28,002 bases of DNA from an uncultured Lachnospiraceae bacterium (GTDB lineage Bacteria; Bacillota; Clostridia; Lachnospirales; Lachnospiraceae), in assembly GCA_964582385.1 (NCBI GenBank), contig CAZOSE010000004.1, forward strand, positions 1 to 28,002, read 5' to 3'. The number at the start of each line of letters is the position of its first letter. The first letter of the stretch is position 1. Of this stretch, positions 18,214-26,328 are shown piece by piece. The position numbers and the translations under genes were made by a program. The notes under the pieces are model-generated. The model did no database searches, had not been told where the DNA came from, and worked only from the letters and a program-made list of their open reading frames with translations.

Positions 18214-18755
18214 GATAAATCCCCCTTTATGTATTTTTCATAAGTATTTATAGAAATTAATAAAAAGTATCTGACTTATAAATACAGTATATCATCTATC
18301 ATTGGAAAAGGAAATAAATTTACCAAATTTTATTAGAATCTATTCTTTTTTTACTACAATATTGGTCAAACCAATAACAATTACTATTCAAACTGTGCAT
18401 TAACAACAATTATTCAATCGTTAAACTGTATATTAACCCTAGCTTTTTTCTATATGTCTGTAAATCTTTTGTAATTATTACATATTATGTTAATTCCTTT
18501 TGTTTTTCCCGTTCTTTTTATACTAATAATCCATTTTTAATATAAACACCTAAAACGTCATTGGAATGATCTATATAATTAGTAAACCCTATCTTCCAAA
18601 CCAAAAAACAATTGTATTTTAGGATAAAAAGGTTATAATAACAATATCATAGTAATAAAGATTATAATATTGATTAAATATACAATTATATCATTTTAAT
18701 AATATAAGAGTATAATATTAATACACTTTGAAAGAATAGAGATTGGATGTGCAAT

Positions 18756-20159
18756 ATGTATAAAGTTGATCTAAAGAACCCAAAAAAGGTACATTTTATC
18801 GGAATTGGTGGAATTAGTATGAGCGGTTTAGCCGAGCTATTACATACAATGGGGTTTGAAGTTACTGGTTCCGATGTTAATAAAAGCAAGAACACAAGTC
18901 ACTTAGAAAATCTAGGAGTGAATGTTATTTATGATCAAAAACCTGAGAATATAAAATTAGACACAGATTTTGTAGTATATACTTCTGCTGTTAAAGAGGA
19001 TAATCCAGAATATCAAGCTGCAATTGAATCTGGAATCCCAACAATTGATCGTGCCCATTTAATGGGACAGATTATGCTAAACTATTCTAACTCTGTTGCA
19101 GTAGCAGGAACCCACGGAAAGACAACAACAACTTCTATGATGTCTTTGGTTTTATTAGAAGGTGATTTAGACCCTACAGTATCTGTAGGAGGCATCTTAA
19201 ACAACATTGGTGGTAATATTAGACTAGGTAATAGTGGACATTTCATTACTGAGGCCTGCGAATATACTAATAGCTTTCTTAAGTTTAATCCTAAAATTGG
19301 CATTATCCTTAATGTTGAAGCTGAACATTTAGATTATTTCAAAAGTATAGATAATGTTCGTTCATCTTTTAGAGCCTTTGCTGAGCGAATTCCAAAGGAT
19401 GGCTTGTTAATTATTAATGGTGACATTGATAATGTTAGCTTTTTTACCAAGGACTTAGAATGCGATATAATTACATATAGTTTAGAAAGCAAACAAAGTC
19501 TTATAAGCAATGGAATGAAACATTATTATGCTACTAATATTCAATATGATGAGTTTGGAAGAGGAATTTATGATTTAGTTATAGATGGTGAGTTTAAAGA
19601 TAGTATCAAGCTGGGAGTTGTTGGAGCCCATAATGTTTCTAATAGTTTGCCTTCAATTGCCTTGGCTAACTATTTAAACATTCCCCAAGAGAAAACAAAA
19701 AAGGGAATACTTTCTTTTGAAGGTACTGAGCGTAGATTTCAGTACAAAGGTCAAATAGGCGGTGTTACTATAATAGACGATTATGCCCATCACCCTACTG
19801 AAGTAAAAGCAACTATAACTGCTGCAAATAACTATCCTCATAAATCAATTTATATTGTTTTTCAACCACACACTTATACTAGAACTAAGAATTTCTTAAA
19901 AGACTTTGCTAAGGAACTATCTAAGGCTGATGTAATTGTTTTAACCGACATCTATGCTGCTAGAGAAAAGGATCCTGGTGATATTTCTTCTAGGGATTTA
20001 ATGGATGAATTGCTTAAACTCGGAAACAATGTTCACTATTATGAAAGTTTTGATGAAATCGAAAACTTTATTTTAGAAAATTGTACTCACGGTGACCTGT
20101 TGATAACTATGGGAGCCGGAGACGTTGTAAATATAGGAGAATCTCTCTTAGGAATATAG
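18756..20159 (+). CDS. murC: UDP-N-acetylmuramate--L-alanine ligase (about 467 aa)
   Basis: HFIGIGGISMSGLA, AGTHGKTTTT, EACEY, EHLDY and DDYAHHPTE motifs. The start is either ATG 18747 or ATG 18756. Confidence 0.97.
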   Translation: MYKVDLKNPKKVHFIGIGGISMSGLAELLHTMGFEVTGSDVNKSKNTSHLENLGVNVIYDQKPENIKLDTDFVVYTSAVKEDNPEYQAAIESGIPTIDRAHLMGQIMLNYSNSVAVAGTHGKTTTTSMMSLVLLEGDLDPTVSVGGILNNIGGNIRLGNSGHFITEACEYTNSFLKFNPKIGIILNVEAEHLDYFKSIDNVRSSFRAFAERIPKDGLLIINGDIDNVSFFTKDLECDIITYSLESKQSLISNGMKHYYATNIQYDEFGRGIYDLVIDGEFKDSIKLGVVGAHNVSNSLPSIALANYLNIPQEKTKKGILSFEGTERRFQYKGQIGGVTIIDDYAHHPTEVKATITAANNYPHKSIYIVFQPHTYTRTKNFLKDFAKELSKADVIVLTDIYAAREKDPGDISSRDLMDELLKLGNNVHYYESFDEIENFILENCTHGDLLITMGAGDVVNIGESLLGI

Positions 20160-20365
20160 TTATCCACACTATCCACAGTCTTATCAACATTTTACTTGTG
20201 ATAAGATTGTGGATTTCTATTTGTTACATTAACTTTACACAAATATTACGTATTCGGTATGTTTTAACGTAATTATTACACCTTTCATCATTTGTTGACA
20301 TTATTTACACCCTGCACTTTTGACTTATCCACATTATCCACATTTTCTCATTGTGTAATTCCACA
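20160..20365 (+). promoter_or_regulatory. DnaA-box cluster between murC and dnaD
   Basis: Perfect TTATCCACA at 20160-20168, 20325-20333 and 20334-20342. One-mismatch boxes CTATCCACA (20169-20177) and TTATCAACA (20181-20189). Weaker matches at 20208-20216 (reverse), 20233-20241, 20301-20309 and 20357-20365. Confidence 0.85.
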
Positions 20366-20398
20366 CCCCTTTCGTCTGTTTCTTTATTAAAACTCCTA

Positions 20399-20407
20399 TG
20401 ATATAAT
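20399..20407 (+). promoter_or_regulatory. Extended -10 element, putative dnaD operon promoter
   Basis: TGaTATAAT; no good -35 at a 17-nt spacing. Confidence 0.45.
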
Positions 20408-20521
20408 GAAAACGTAATTAACCAAGATGAACTTTTTCACGTTTACCTGTGGAGCAACAATATCATAAACATTAATTTGTTAATGATTTAATGATATAAG
20501 AGATTAAGAAGGGTGATTTTT

Positions 20522-21691
20522 ATGAGTAGTATGATACTACAATCCAACTATGTCCCTAATGGTACCTTTATACCTAATTTATTCATTGATAAATACATGC
20601 CAGCTGCTAATGGAGCTTATGTAAAGATTTATCTTTACCTGCTTCGTTGCATGAGTGATAACAGTATAAAAGAAATTGATATTTCAACAATAGCGGACCA
20701 TTTAGACAATACTGAAAGAGACATTAAACGTGCACTATATTACTGGGAAAAGGTAAAATTAGTTTCTTTAAAACGCAACAACAATATAATCACATCTATT
20801 ATTTTAAATGACATATTTGCAATTAATATAGATGATAATATACAAGAAGAGTCAGCAGTAACTATAAATCCAGTTAACAACAATGAGGATAAACTTACAC
20901 TTAATGCTAATAATTTAGACTCTCAACAAAAAGCAGATAATTTATATGAACCGAGCGATGATAAGTCTCTGGAATATCAATTTGAAAAGCCAACATATTC
21001 CGAGCCACAAATTAAGCAACTTACTGATACTGATGATGTTAAATGGATGCTTAATATAATTGAGCTTTACTTACAAAGACTAATAAAACCGATGGACTTA
21101 CAGTTAATTTTATATTTATATGAAAGCATAGGATTTTCTACAGAATTAATACTATATCTATATGAATACTGTGTTTCAAAGAACAAAACACATCCTTCAT
21201 ATGTAGAAGCCGTTGCTCTAGCTTGGGCTAAAGAGGGTATAGATAGCTTAGATAAGGCTGAGTCAGCAACTGTTTTTTTCAACGAGAATTATAACTCGGT
21301 AAAAAAGGCCTTTGGACTTGATAGAGCTTTAGGACATGTTGAAAAACAATATATTACTAAGTGGACTAGCGAATACGAATTACCTATAGATATTGTGGTT
21401 GAAGCATGTAATAGAACCCTACTTACCATTCAAAAACCCGATTTCAAATATACAGATAAGATAATTGAAAATTGGTATAAGAATAAGGTTACCTCGCTAA
21501 AAGAAATCAATAACTTAGATGAGGAACATGCAAAGAAGGCCTCTAAATCTGCAAAAACAAATGATAAAACAAAACAAAACTACAATGGAACAAAGGGTCC
21601 AAACAACAATCGTTTCAATGCATTTCCACAGCGTTCATATTCAAAAGAAGAGTATTCCTCTTTGGAACAAAAATTATTACATAAGCAATAA
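20522..21691 (+). CDS. dnaD: DnaD/DnaB-domain replication initiation (helicase loading) protein (389 aa)
   Basis: N-terminal IPNLFIDKYMP.ANG.YVKIYLYL region plus two DnaB_2-like domains (SYVEAVALAWAKEGI; FKYTDKIIENWYKNKV). ATG at 20522 has SD AAGGGTG 6 nt upstream. Confidence 0.82.
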   Translation: MSSMILQSNYVPNGTFIPNLFIDKYMPAANGAYVKIYLYLLRCMSDNSIKEIDISTIADHLDNTERDIKRALYYWEKVKLVSLKRNNNIITSIILNDIFAINIDDNIQEESAVTINPVNNNEDKLTLNANNLDSQQKADNLYEPSDDKSLEYQFEKPTYSEPQIKQLTDTDDVKWMLNIIELYLQRLIKPMDLQLILYLYESIGFSTELILYLYEYCVSKNKTHPSYVEAVALAWAKEGIDSLDKAESATVFFNENYNSVKKAFGLDRALGHVEKQYITKWTSEYELPIDIVVEACNRTLLTIQKPDFKYTDKIIENWYKNKVTSLKEINNLDEEHAKKASKSAKTNDKTKQNYNGTKGPNNNRFNAFPQRSYSKEEYSSLEQKLLHKQ

Positions 21692-21713
21692 TGCTATTTA
21701 AAGGAGCTTTACT

Positions 21714-22706
21714 ATGGGATTAAAGAATTATCAGTACAATAAAATACTTAGAGATTACGATGACAAACAGCTTGATAATAATCACGAGTTAAATTTACGT
21801 GTTAAGAATGCCTACACAAAAATCCCTGAGCTTAAAGAAATAGATGATTCAATTATAGGTATTGCAATGAAAAGTGCCAAGCTCCTTTTAGCAGATACCG
21901 ATAATGACAGTTCTCTAAATACTTTAAAGAAAGCTGCAGAGTCTGCTAAGCTAAGACGAAAAACTTTACTTAGAGAGTACGGATTTCCAGAAGATTATCT
22001 TGAGTTACAATTTAAGTGCAAGGATTGTATGGATACTGGCTACATTAGCACTGATAGATGTCATTGTTTTAAGCAATCTATTGTTAATGTACTTTACTCT
22101 CAGTCCAACATTAAATCTGCAGTTGCAAAAGAAAACTTTGCCAACTTTTCTTTAGACTATTACCCTGATAACTATTTAGATGAATCTACCGGCCTTACAC
22201 CTAGACAGAATATAGAAAAAGTTCTTGACCAAAGTAAAGCATTCATACAGAACTTTTCTACAAGCTTTCAGAACTTATTAATCTATGGCAATACAGGCGT
22301 TGGAAAAACCTTTCTAACCAATTGTATTGCAAAAGAGTTACTAGATTCTTCCTACACTGTTATTTATTTAACTGCATTTCAACTTTTTGATATCTTGGAA
22401 AAAAACAAATTTCGAAAGGATGGTGAAAGCGAAGAAATACAAAACCAATTTAACTTTATTCTTGATTGTGACTTATTAATTATTGATGATTTAGGTACCG
22501 AATTAACCAATTCTTTTATTAATACACAATTATATTTATGTATTAACGAAAGATACTTAAGAGAAAAGTCTACCATAATTTCTACTAATCTGTCATTAGA
22601 TAATATTAACGCTAAATATAGCGAGCGTATATTCTCAAGGATAATCAGTAATTATTCATTATTAAAAATTGTTGGTGATGATATTAGACTACAAAAATTC
22701 ATATAA
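21714..22706 (+). CDS. DnaC/DnaI/IstB-like AAA+ helicase loader ATPase (330 aa)
   Basis: Zinc-binding CKDC..TGY....CHC, Walker A GNTGVGKT, Walker B LLIIDDLGTE, sensor TIISTN and ERIFSRI. Directly downstream of dnaD. Confidence 0.85.
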   Translation: MGLKNYQYNKILRDYDDKQLDNNHELNLRVKNAYTKIPELKEIDDSIIGIAMKSAKLLLADTDNDSSLNTLKKAAESAKLRRKTLLREYGFPEDYLELQFKCKDCMDTGYISTDRCHCFKQSIVNVLYSQSNIKSAVAKENFANFSLDYYPDNYLDESTGLTPRQNIEKVLDQSKAFIQNFSTSFQNLLIYGNTGVGKTFLTNCIAKELLDSSYTVIYLTAFQLFDILEKNKFRKDGESEEIQNQFNFILDCDLLIIDDLGTELTNSFINTQLYLCINERYLREKSTIISTNLSLDNINAKYSERIFSRIISNYSLLKIVGDDIRLQKFI

Positions 22707-22747
22707 TTCTATTTGTCTATTACTTTATCCAAAGTTTTTGTTTAAAC

Positions 22748-22783
22748 TTGACACTTGACGAATATTGACTAGAATAGTATTAT
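22748..22783 (+). promoter_or_regulatory. Overlapping putative sigma-A promoters of prs
   Basis: TTGACA (22748)-16 nt-TAGAAT and TTGACG (22755)-17 nt-TATTAT. Confidence 0.55.
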
Positions 22784-22849
22784 CTTTAATGTGTTTGAAA
22801 AACTTATTTCATATCGATTGGCTTATTATGGATATTTGGAGGAAAAAAA

Positions 22850-24028
22850 ATGACTGATGTTGATAAGAATATAACTATTCCAGCAGGTACCCTTGGTATT
22901 ATTGCTTTAGAAAGTAGTAAACCTCTAGCAAAGAAAGTAGACGACTATCTTGTTGAGTGGCGCAAAGACCGTGAAGACAAGCACACCACAGAAGTCGCCT
23001 TTAATGAATATAGCCGTGATTCATATTTGCTAAAAGCTTATACACCTAGATTTGGTACAGGAGAAGGTAAAGGTCTTATTAAAGAATCTGTAAGGGGTGA
23101 CGACCTTTATATACTAGTTGATGTTACAAATCATAGTCTAAAATATACAGTACGCGGCTTCGAAAATCATATGTCTCCTGATGATCACTATCAGGACCTT
23201 AAGAGGATTATTGCAGCTGTAGGAGGTAAGGCAAAGAGAATTACTGTAATTATGCCTTTCCTATATGAAAGTAGGCAGCATAGAAGACATTCAAGAGAAT
23301 CCCTAGACTGTGCTCTAGCTCTTCAAGAATTAACAAATATGGGTGTTGAAAGTATAATAACATTTGATGCTCATGACCCTAGAGTTCAAAACGCAATACC
23401 TTTACATTCCTTTGAATCTGTTCAATGTACTTACCAGTTCATTAAAACATTATTCACCTGTACATCAGATATTAAGGTTGATCCAGAACACCTAATGATA
23501 GTAAGTCCTGATGAAGGTGCAATGTCTAGAGCTGTTTATTTTTCTAACATACTTGAAGTTGATTTAGGTATGTTTTATAAACGCCGTGATCATTCTGTTA
23601 TTATTGAAGGACAAAACCCAGTAGTAGCTCACGAGTTCCTTGGCTCTGATTTAGAAGGTAAAGATGTGCTTATTATAGACGATATGATATCTTCTGGTGG
23701 TAGTATGATCGAAGTTGCAAGAGAATTGCACAAGAGAAATGCAAAAAGAATCTACTGTGCAACTACCTTTGGATTGTTTACAAGTGGCTTAGAAGAATTT
23801 GATAAAGCCTATGAAGAAGGAATAATTGATAAAGTAATGACTACCAACTTAATCTATCAACCAGAGGAGTTATTCGATAGACCTTGGTATGCAAGTGTTG
23901 ATATGAGTAAGTATATTGCTCTTTTAATTGATACACTAAACCATGAAAGATCTATTAGCCATCTACTTAGTCCAACTGATCGTATACAAAAGTACGTTGA
24001 TAAATACGAAAGTGGAGAACTTTGTTAA
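22850..24028 (+). CDS. prs: Ribose-phosphate pyrophosphokinase (392 aa)
   Basis: RF..GE, MPFLYESRQ, FDAHDP, VSPDEGA, YKRR and PRPP-binding VLIIDDMISSGGSM motifs. Confidence 0.95.
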   Translation: MTDVDKNITIPAGTLGIIALESSKPLAKKVDDYLVEWRKDREDKHTTEVAFNEYSRDSYLLKAYTPRFGTGEGKGLIKESVRGDDLYILVDVTNHSLKYTVRGFENHMSPDDHYQDLKRIIAAVGGKAKRITVIMPFLYESRQHRRHSRESLDCALALQELTNMGVESIITFDAHDPRVQNAIPLHSFESVQCTYQFIKTLFTCTSDIKVDPEHLMIVSPDEGAMSRAVYFSNILEVDLGMFYKRRDHSVIIEGQNPVVAHEFLGSDLEGKDVLIIDDMISSGGSMIEVARELHKRNAKRIYCATTFGLFTSGLEEFDKAYEEGIIDKVMTTNLIYQPEELFDRPWYASVDMSKYIALLIDTLNHERSISHLLSPTDRIQKYVDKYESGELC

Positions 24029-24065
24029 TTTTACAATTTTAGTATCTATTATATAATGGGTAGTA

Positions 24066-24074
24066 TTATCCACA
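24066..24074 (+). promoter_or_regulatory. Isolated perfect DnaA box
   Basis: TTATCCACA between the prs stop codon and the terminator. The sequence match is exact, but function is unproven. Confidence 0.35.
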
Positions 24075-24083
24075 TATATAAAC

Positions 24084-24124
24084 AAAGGAACTGGTCATCT
24101 ACAATAAAAATGATCAGTTCCTTT
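24084..24124. terminator. Bidirectional terminator between prs and the SMC-like ATPase gene
   Basis: 15-bp arms AAAGGAACTGGTCAT / ATGATCAGTTCCTTT (one G-U pair), flanked by A-rich and T-rich tracts. Confidence 0.85.
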
Positions 24125-24145
24125 ATTTATTTCCAAAGACGCAAA

Positions 24146-26305
24146 CTATTTTACGCTACCTAAATCTATAAAATTATAATTGGCATCAAGGTCATCTAAT
24201 ATATCTTTTTCCCTAGTGTGACAAGTAAATAATAATATTTGCCTATCCTTTTCTTTTGAAAGAAGTTTTAGAGTTGACTTAAGTCTTTGGTCGTCATAAT
24301 AAGCAAAGGTGTCATCAAGTAGTATGGGAACCTTAGCCCTACCATAAACAAGATCAGCTATTGCTAACCTTAAAGAGAAATATAATTGTTCTATTGTTCC
24401 TGTACTAAGTCTTTCTAAAGTTTGATACTGGTCTTTTATCTGGGTTCTTATCCTTAACTTTTCGTCTATTTTTATTTCTTCATATCTACCACCAGTTATT
24501 TCTTTTGCAAGAATAGATGCTAGATTATTAAGCTCCACTCCAAAAGTATCATGAATCTCTGTGGCCAAGTCCTCTATAGTTGCAATTGCAAGATTAATAC
24601 TTCCTATCTCCACTTCATAAATCTCTTGTTTTTTAAGTAGGTCATCATATCTTTCTTGATTCTCTAACAGATCTTCTTCATTGCCTTCAAGTAATTCTAT
24701 CTCCCACTTAATTCTTTCTTTTTTTATAGACAAATCCTTTAATCTTGGCTTTACCTTTTCTTCATAATGATTCAACTTTAGACTTTCATCTGTAATATAT
24801 TCATCTAAAATACCTATTATCTCATCCTTTAGCTCTAGACTTTTCTGAATATCTTCTGGGTATACAAAACTAAATTGTATTATGTAGTCCAAAATCTCAT
24901 CTTTTAGTGTTTTTATCTTTTCTTCTAAAGGTAAATATTCACTTCTTAAATCCTGAAGTTCTTTTTCTAACTGATTCAGGGTTATTTGCTCTTTTAGAGA
25001 CTCTTCATACATAAGCTTAAGTTCAGACTCTAAGTTCACACTATGTTTTTGTAAAATATCCAATATACTTTCTTTTATCTTTTCTAATTCTTGATCAAGT
25101 AAATCATACTCAGTTTCAAGGTTTAACTTTTTGTTATTACTTACTAGATTAAGAGCAACAAATATAATAACACTTATAACCGCTAGAGAAATACCAAGCT
25201 TAGAGATAAAATCATTATTAGTATAGGTTAGGAGAGTTAATACCGATCCAAAAACAAAAATTGGACTAGTTATGTTCAAATTACGCTTCCTTGCTAAGGT
25301 TAGTTCATCTTCATTCTGACTTTTATATTCATACTTTTCTTTAGAAAGATAATTATATTCCTCTCTATAATTGCTGATACTTGCTAAACTTGATTTAAGC
25401 TCTACAAGGTATAAGTCCTTATTACTTCCATTATCCTCTACGTCCCCTTTAAGACTGTCAATTTGTCTTTGCACTTTCTCAATTGTCTCTTGTAGCTGTT
25501 CTTTACGGGATAGTCCTTCTAGATAATAACCATACTTTGTCTTAATTACCGGAAACTTGTGAAACTGTATATATAAATCCTCTTGGGAAATATACTTGTT
25601 AGTGGTTAGCTTGTTTCTTTCCTTAGATAAATTGCCTTCTTCTACTTGTATATCAAATAATTGCTCAGTCAACTCACCTACTTGCTGGTCGGCTGCCTTG
25701 CCCACCTTTATCTTATCCTTCAAGTCCTCTATTTCCTGCTTAAGAGCCTTTAAATCATACTCCTTATGTTTATCCTTAAGATATTCTAAAGCCTTTTTTA
25801 CATCGATTTCTTCGCTTTTGCTCATAGTTAGGTTAGCAATATGATTTTGCACAAGATAAATTAATTCATCCTCAGTTCTGGCTGCTAATTGACCTATGCT
25901 TATTGTTCCCTCATAACCCGACTTTGTTAGGCCTCCAAGTAATTCTTGAAGTTCAATCTGAGACCTATCTATTTCACGTCCTGTTAATACATGGGTTAAT
26001 ATCGTCTCTTTATAGTTTTTATCAAAATTTCTGTACACGTGGTATATATTATCACTAAATTCAAATTCTAAACTTCCATCATAAGAACCTGGCCTATCCC
26101 ACGGTTGATATTTATCATACATATCATTAGCGCTAGGGCGCCCCCTTGTTTTTTCTATACCAAACAGCATCCCTTTGATAAACGAATGAATTGTTGATTT
26201 GCCAGCTTCATTTCTGCCATAAATAAGATTTAATCCAGGAGATAAATTAATTGTCTTATTATGAAACAAACCAAAATTACTTATATTTAACTTTAATAAT
26301 CTCAA
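24146..26305 (-). CDS. SMC/Rad50-like ABC-type ATPase, YhaN/SbcE-like (719 aa, TTG start)
   Basis: N-terminal Walker A GRNEAGKST, long coiled coils, C-terminal signature LSTGT, Walker B/D-loop ILLDDTFAYYD and H-loop LFTCH. Central pair of hydrophobic segments. SD AGGGGG. Confidence 0.85.
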   Translation of the reverse strand: MRLLKLNISNFGLFHNKTINLSPGLNLIYGRNEAGKSTIHSFIKGMLFGIEKTRGRPSANDMYDKYQPWDRPGSYDGSLEFEFSDNIYHVYRNFDKNYKETILTHVLTGREIDRSQIELQELLGGLTKSGYEGTISIGQLAARTEDELIYLVQNHIANLTMSKSEEIDVKKALEYLKDKHKEYDLKALKQEIEDLKDKIKVGKAADQQVGELTEQLFDIQVEEGNLSKERNKLTTNKYISQEDLYIQFHKFPVIKTKYGYYLEGLSRKEQLQETIEKVQRQIDSLKGDVEDNGSNKDLYLVELKSSLASISNYREEYNYLSKEKYEYKSQNEDELTLARKRNLNITSPIFVFGSVLTLLTYTNNDFISKLGISLAVISVIIFVALNLVSNNKKLNLETEYDLLDQELEKIKESILDILQKHSVNLESELKLMYEESLKEQITLNQLEKELQDLRSEYLPLEEKIKTLKDEILDYIIQFSFVYPEDIQKSLELKDEIIGILDEYITDESLKLNHYEEKVKPRLKDLSIKKERIKWEIELLEGNEEDLLENQERYDDLLKKQEIYEVEIGSINLAIATIEDLATEIHDTFGVELNNLASILAKEITGGRYEEIKIDEKLRIRTQIKDQYQTLERLSTGTIEQLYFSLRLAIADLVYGRAKVPILLDDTFAYYDDQRLKSTLKLLSKEKDRQILLFTCHTREKDILDDLDANYNFIDLGSVK

Positions 26306-26328
26306 ATTCTTACCCCCTTATAGCAAAG

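Noticed and set aside
20160-20460. DnaA-box cluster read as oriC
   Set aside because: There is no adjacent dnaA, dnaN, rpmH or gidA, and no DnaA-trio repeats or clear unwinding element next to the tandem boxes. It is kept as a regulatory or titration cluster instead.
21714-22706. IstB-like ATPase as part of an IS21 element or prophage replication module
   Set aside because: There is no IstA transposase, integrase or phage gene. It lies in a chromosomal murC-dnaD-prs context typical of the clostridial helicase loader.
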